A stretch of DNA of 64,000 bases from an uncultured Collinsella sp. (GTDB lineage: Bacteria > Actinomycetota > Coriobacteriia > Coriobacteriales > Coriobacteriaceae). Every line of letters begins with the position of its first letter. The first letter of the stretch is position 1. The stretch lies in assembly GCA_905208635.1 (NCBI GenBank), contig CAJLPX010000006.1, positions 20,499-84,498 on the forward strand, in the 5' to 3' direction. This document shows positions 62,546-64,000 of this stretch, piece after piece. The notes beneath the pieces were generated by a model that was not told where the DNA came from, did not search any database, and worked only from the letters and a program-made list of their open reading frames with translations. Made by a program: the position numbers and the translations under genes.

Positions 62546-63955
62546 GTGTCTGTGCCCTGCGCTATGATGGAGGCTATGGATACTCAGACCCCAACATATC
62601 CCGATGACGAGCTGACCGCAGCACTTGCCGAGCAGCTGGCGTCGCTCGATCGCGACGACAGCTATCGCGTGGAGCGTGTGCTTAAGCGCTCGTCCGTTGA
62701 AACAACCGAGCTCGTGTACTTTGAAGGAACCGGCGGTGGTTCGCTCGGCCCCTTTGTCCGTAAACGCATCGATGCCTCGGCTCAAATCGGCGGGGCATAC
62801 GAGCGTCTGTTTGCCGCCCAGCGGGCGGGTAGGCGTTTTGAGCACCTGCCCAGAATCGTCGATTGTCGTCGTGTGGGCGACGAGCTCAACGTGGTTATGG
62901 AATACATCGAAGGGGAGACGCTCGGGGCACTGGTGGACCGTCTGGGAGCCACCCTCGATTATGCGCACGAAATGTATCCTGCCCTATGCGATGCCGTGGG
63001 TGAGCTCCACGCCGGTTTTGCAATGGCGGGGGAGACGTCGGCGCCGGTGATCCATCGCGACCTCAAGCCGTCGAATATCATCGTGACGGGTGTCAACTAT
63101 ACGTCTGATAACGGCCTGACGTTTTCATCGCTGGTGATTATCGACTTGGGGATCGCGCGCGTGTGGCGCGATGGCGCCGATGCCGACACCGTCAAGTTCG
63201 GCACGCGACCCTATGCGCCGCCCGAGCAGTATGGGTTTGGGCAGACGAGTGTGCGCAGCGACGTCTACGCACTGGGCGCCCTGTTGTTCTTCTGCTTGAC
63301 GGGAGTCGACCCTAAACCAGGGCTCGACATGCGCGAGCAATGCGAGGCGCGTGGCATTCCCACTCCACTTGCCGATGCCGTCTGCATGTCGATGGCGCTC
63401 GACCCGGCCAAGCGTTTTGCGAGTGCGGAAGCGTTGGGACGGGCGACGCGCTCGGCATACGATCTGAGCCGCCCCGTGCAGCCTCCTACACCTGCGCCTG
63501 TCCGTACTCCGGCCTCGGAGACGGTGTTGACGCTCCAAGGGCTCCAGAACCCCGCAGGGCTTCCTAGGCCTGCCGCCTCCGCTGCATGCGGTCTGCTCTC
63601 TCGCGTTCCGGAGTCTCTGGGGCGCATTTGGAATACGCTTGTCTGCTTCTCGCTACTTGTGTTCTTTGCCGGAAGTCACTTTGCCGTCTTTCACCCCACG
63701 GGAGCAAACCAAGGCTACCCGACGTGGCTTCTCATAATCGAGTATTTTTTCTTTGTCGATGGCCTTATGGTGCTTATGCATTTCGCGCTGCTCGATAAGC
63801 GCCGTCTTCGTCGGCGATTCGCACTGCTCGACAGCTATCGCGGCAAGAAACTCGCGAAACTCTGGCTCAAGGCATTGGGTGTGCTGCTCCTATGCATGAT
63901 CGTCTTAGTCGCGGTTGCCAATGCGACCGGCGTCGTCGATACCTCCGCTACCTAA
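62546..63955 (+). CDS. Ser/Thr protein kinase with a C-terminal multi-TM region
   Basis: Hanks motifs HRDLKPSNIIV, DLGIAR and YAPPEQ, followed by a Pro-rich linker and hydrophobic segments. The exact start is uncertain (62546-62576). Confidence 0.85.
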   Translation: MSVPCAMMEAMDTQTPTYPDDELTAALAEQLASLDRDDSYRVERVLKRSSVETTELVYFEGTGGGSLGPFVRKRIDASAQIGGAYERLFAAQRAGRRFEHLPRIVDCRRVGDELNVVMEYIEGETLGALVDRLGATLDYAHEMYPALCDAVGELHAGFAMAGETSAPVIHRDLKPSNIIVTGVNYTSDNGLTFSSLVIIDLGIARVWRDGADADTVKFGTRPYAPPEQYGFGQTSVRSDVYALGALLFFCLTGVDPKPGLDMREQCEARGIPTPLADAVCMSMALDPAKRFASAEALGRATRSAYDLSRPVQPPTPAPVRTPASETVLTLQGLQNPAGLPRPAASAACGLLSRVPESLGRIWNTLVCFSLLVFFAGSHFAVFHPTGANQGYPTWLLIIEYFFFVDGLMVLMHFALLDKRRLRRRFALLDSYRGKKLAKLWLKALGVLLLCMIVLVAVANATGVVDTSAT

Positions 63956-63960
63956 AAGAA

Positions 63961-63985
63961 AAGGGCCCCATTGGGGCCCTTTGCA
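63961..63985 (+). terminator. Terminator after the kinase gene
   Basis: AAGGGCCCCA/TGGGGCCCTT stem followed by TGCAGTT. The U-tract is weak. Confidence 0.55.
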
Positions 63986-64000
63986 GTTGCACTTAGATGC

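Overview
The window is a high-GC chromosomal segment, well above 60% GC by eye. Its gene content points to an anaerobic actinobacterium of the Coriobacteriia type: nrdDG, flavodoxin, ldh, Fe-S aldo/keto reductase and an acetylase-branch DAP pathway. That taxonomic call is inference only. I can support about 60 CDS, 2 tRNAs, one lysine riboswitch, several operator and terminator sites, and several repeat families.

The backbone is housekeeping:
- Nucleotide, folate and sulfur metabolism: nrdD-nrdG, folE-HD-folB, rnhA and metY with a divergent LysR.
- An amino-acid ABC transporter.
- Central metabolism and translation: pgi, tatD, tcdA, ettA, nadE and ldh.
- A lysA-dapA/dapB/dapH operon behind an L-box, with a divergent M20 deacetylase.
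- higBA and a Ser/Thr kinase.

Two visibly AT-rich islands (about 39140-40900 and 43380-47880) interrupt the backbone between ettA and nadE.

The most interesting locus is in the second island. It is a tight four-gene operon: a DUF2087-like protein, an MFS_3-type exporter, a B12-binding radical SAM enzyme with two C-terminal PqqD/RRE-like modules, and an unlisted 36-codon ORF (47609-47719). The small ORF has a perfect SD and its own terminator, and encodes a very acidic peptide. This looks like an uncharacterised RiPP-type biosynthetic locus. The radical SAM gene carries an apparent 1-nt frameshift.

Other notable observations:
- An in-frame LysA-DapA fusion ORF.
- An intergenic hairpin element present twice with compensatory base changes.
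- Short repeat pairs bracketing single accessory genes.
- A MITE-like element.
- A 28-aa holin-like toxin ORF.
- A Tat-secreted papain-fold protease with a downstream lipoprotein.
- An SOS box that relocates the start of a Y-family polymerase gene.
- A nested UUCG-capped structure between convergent genes.

No rRNA, CRISPR array or transposase gene was seen. All family names are recalled from motif recognition. No database search was run.
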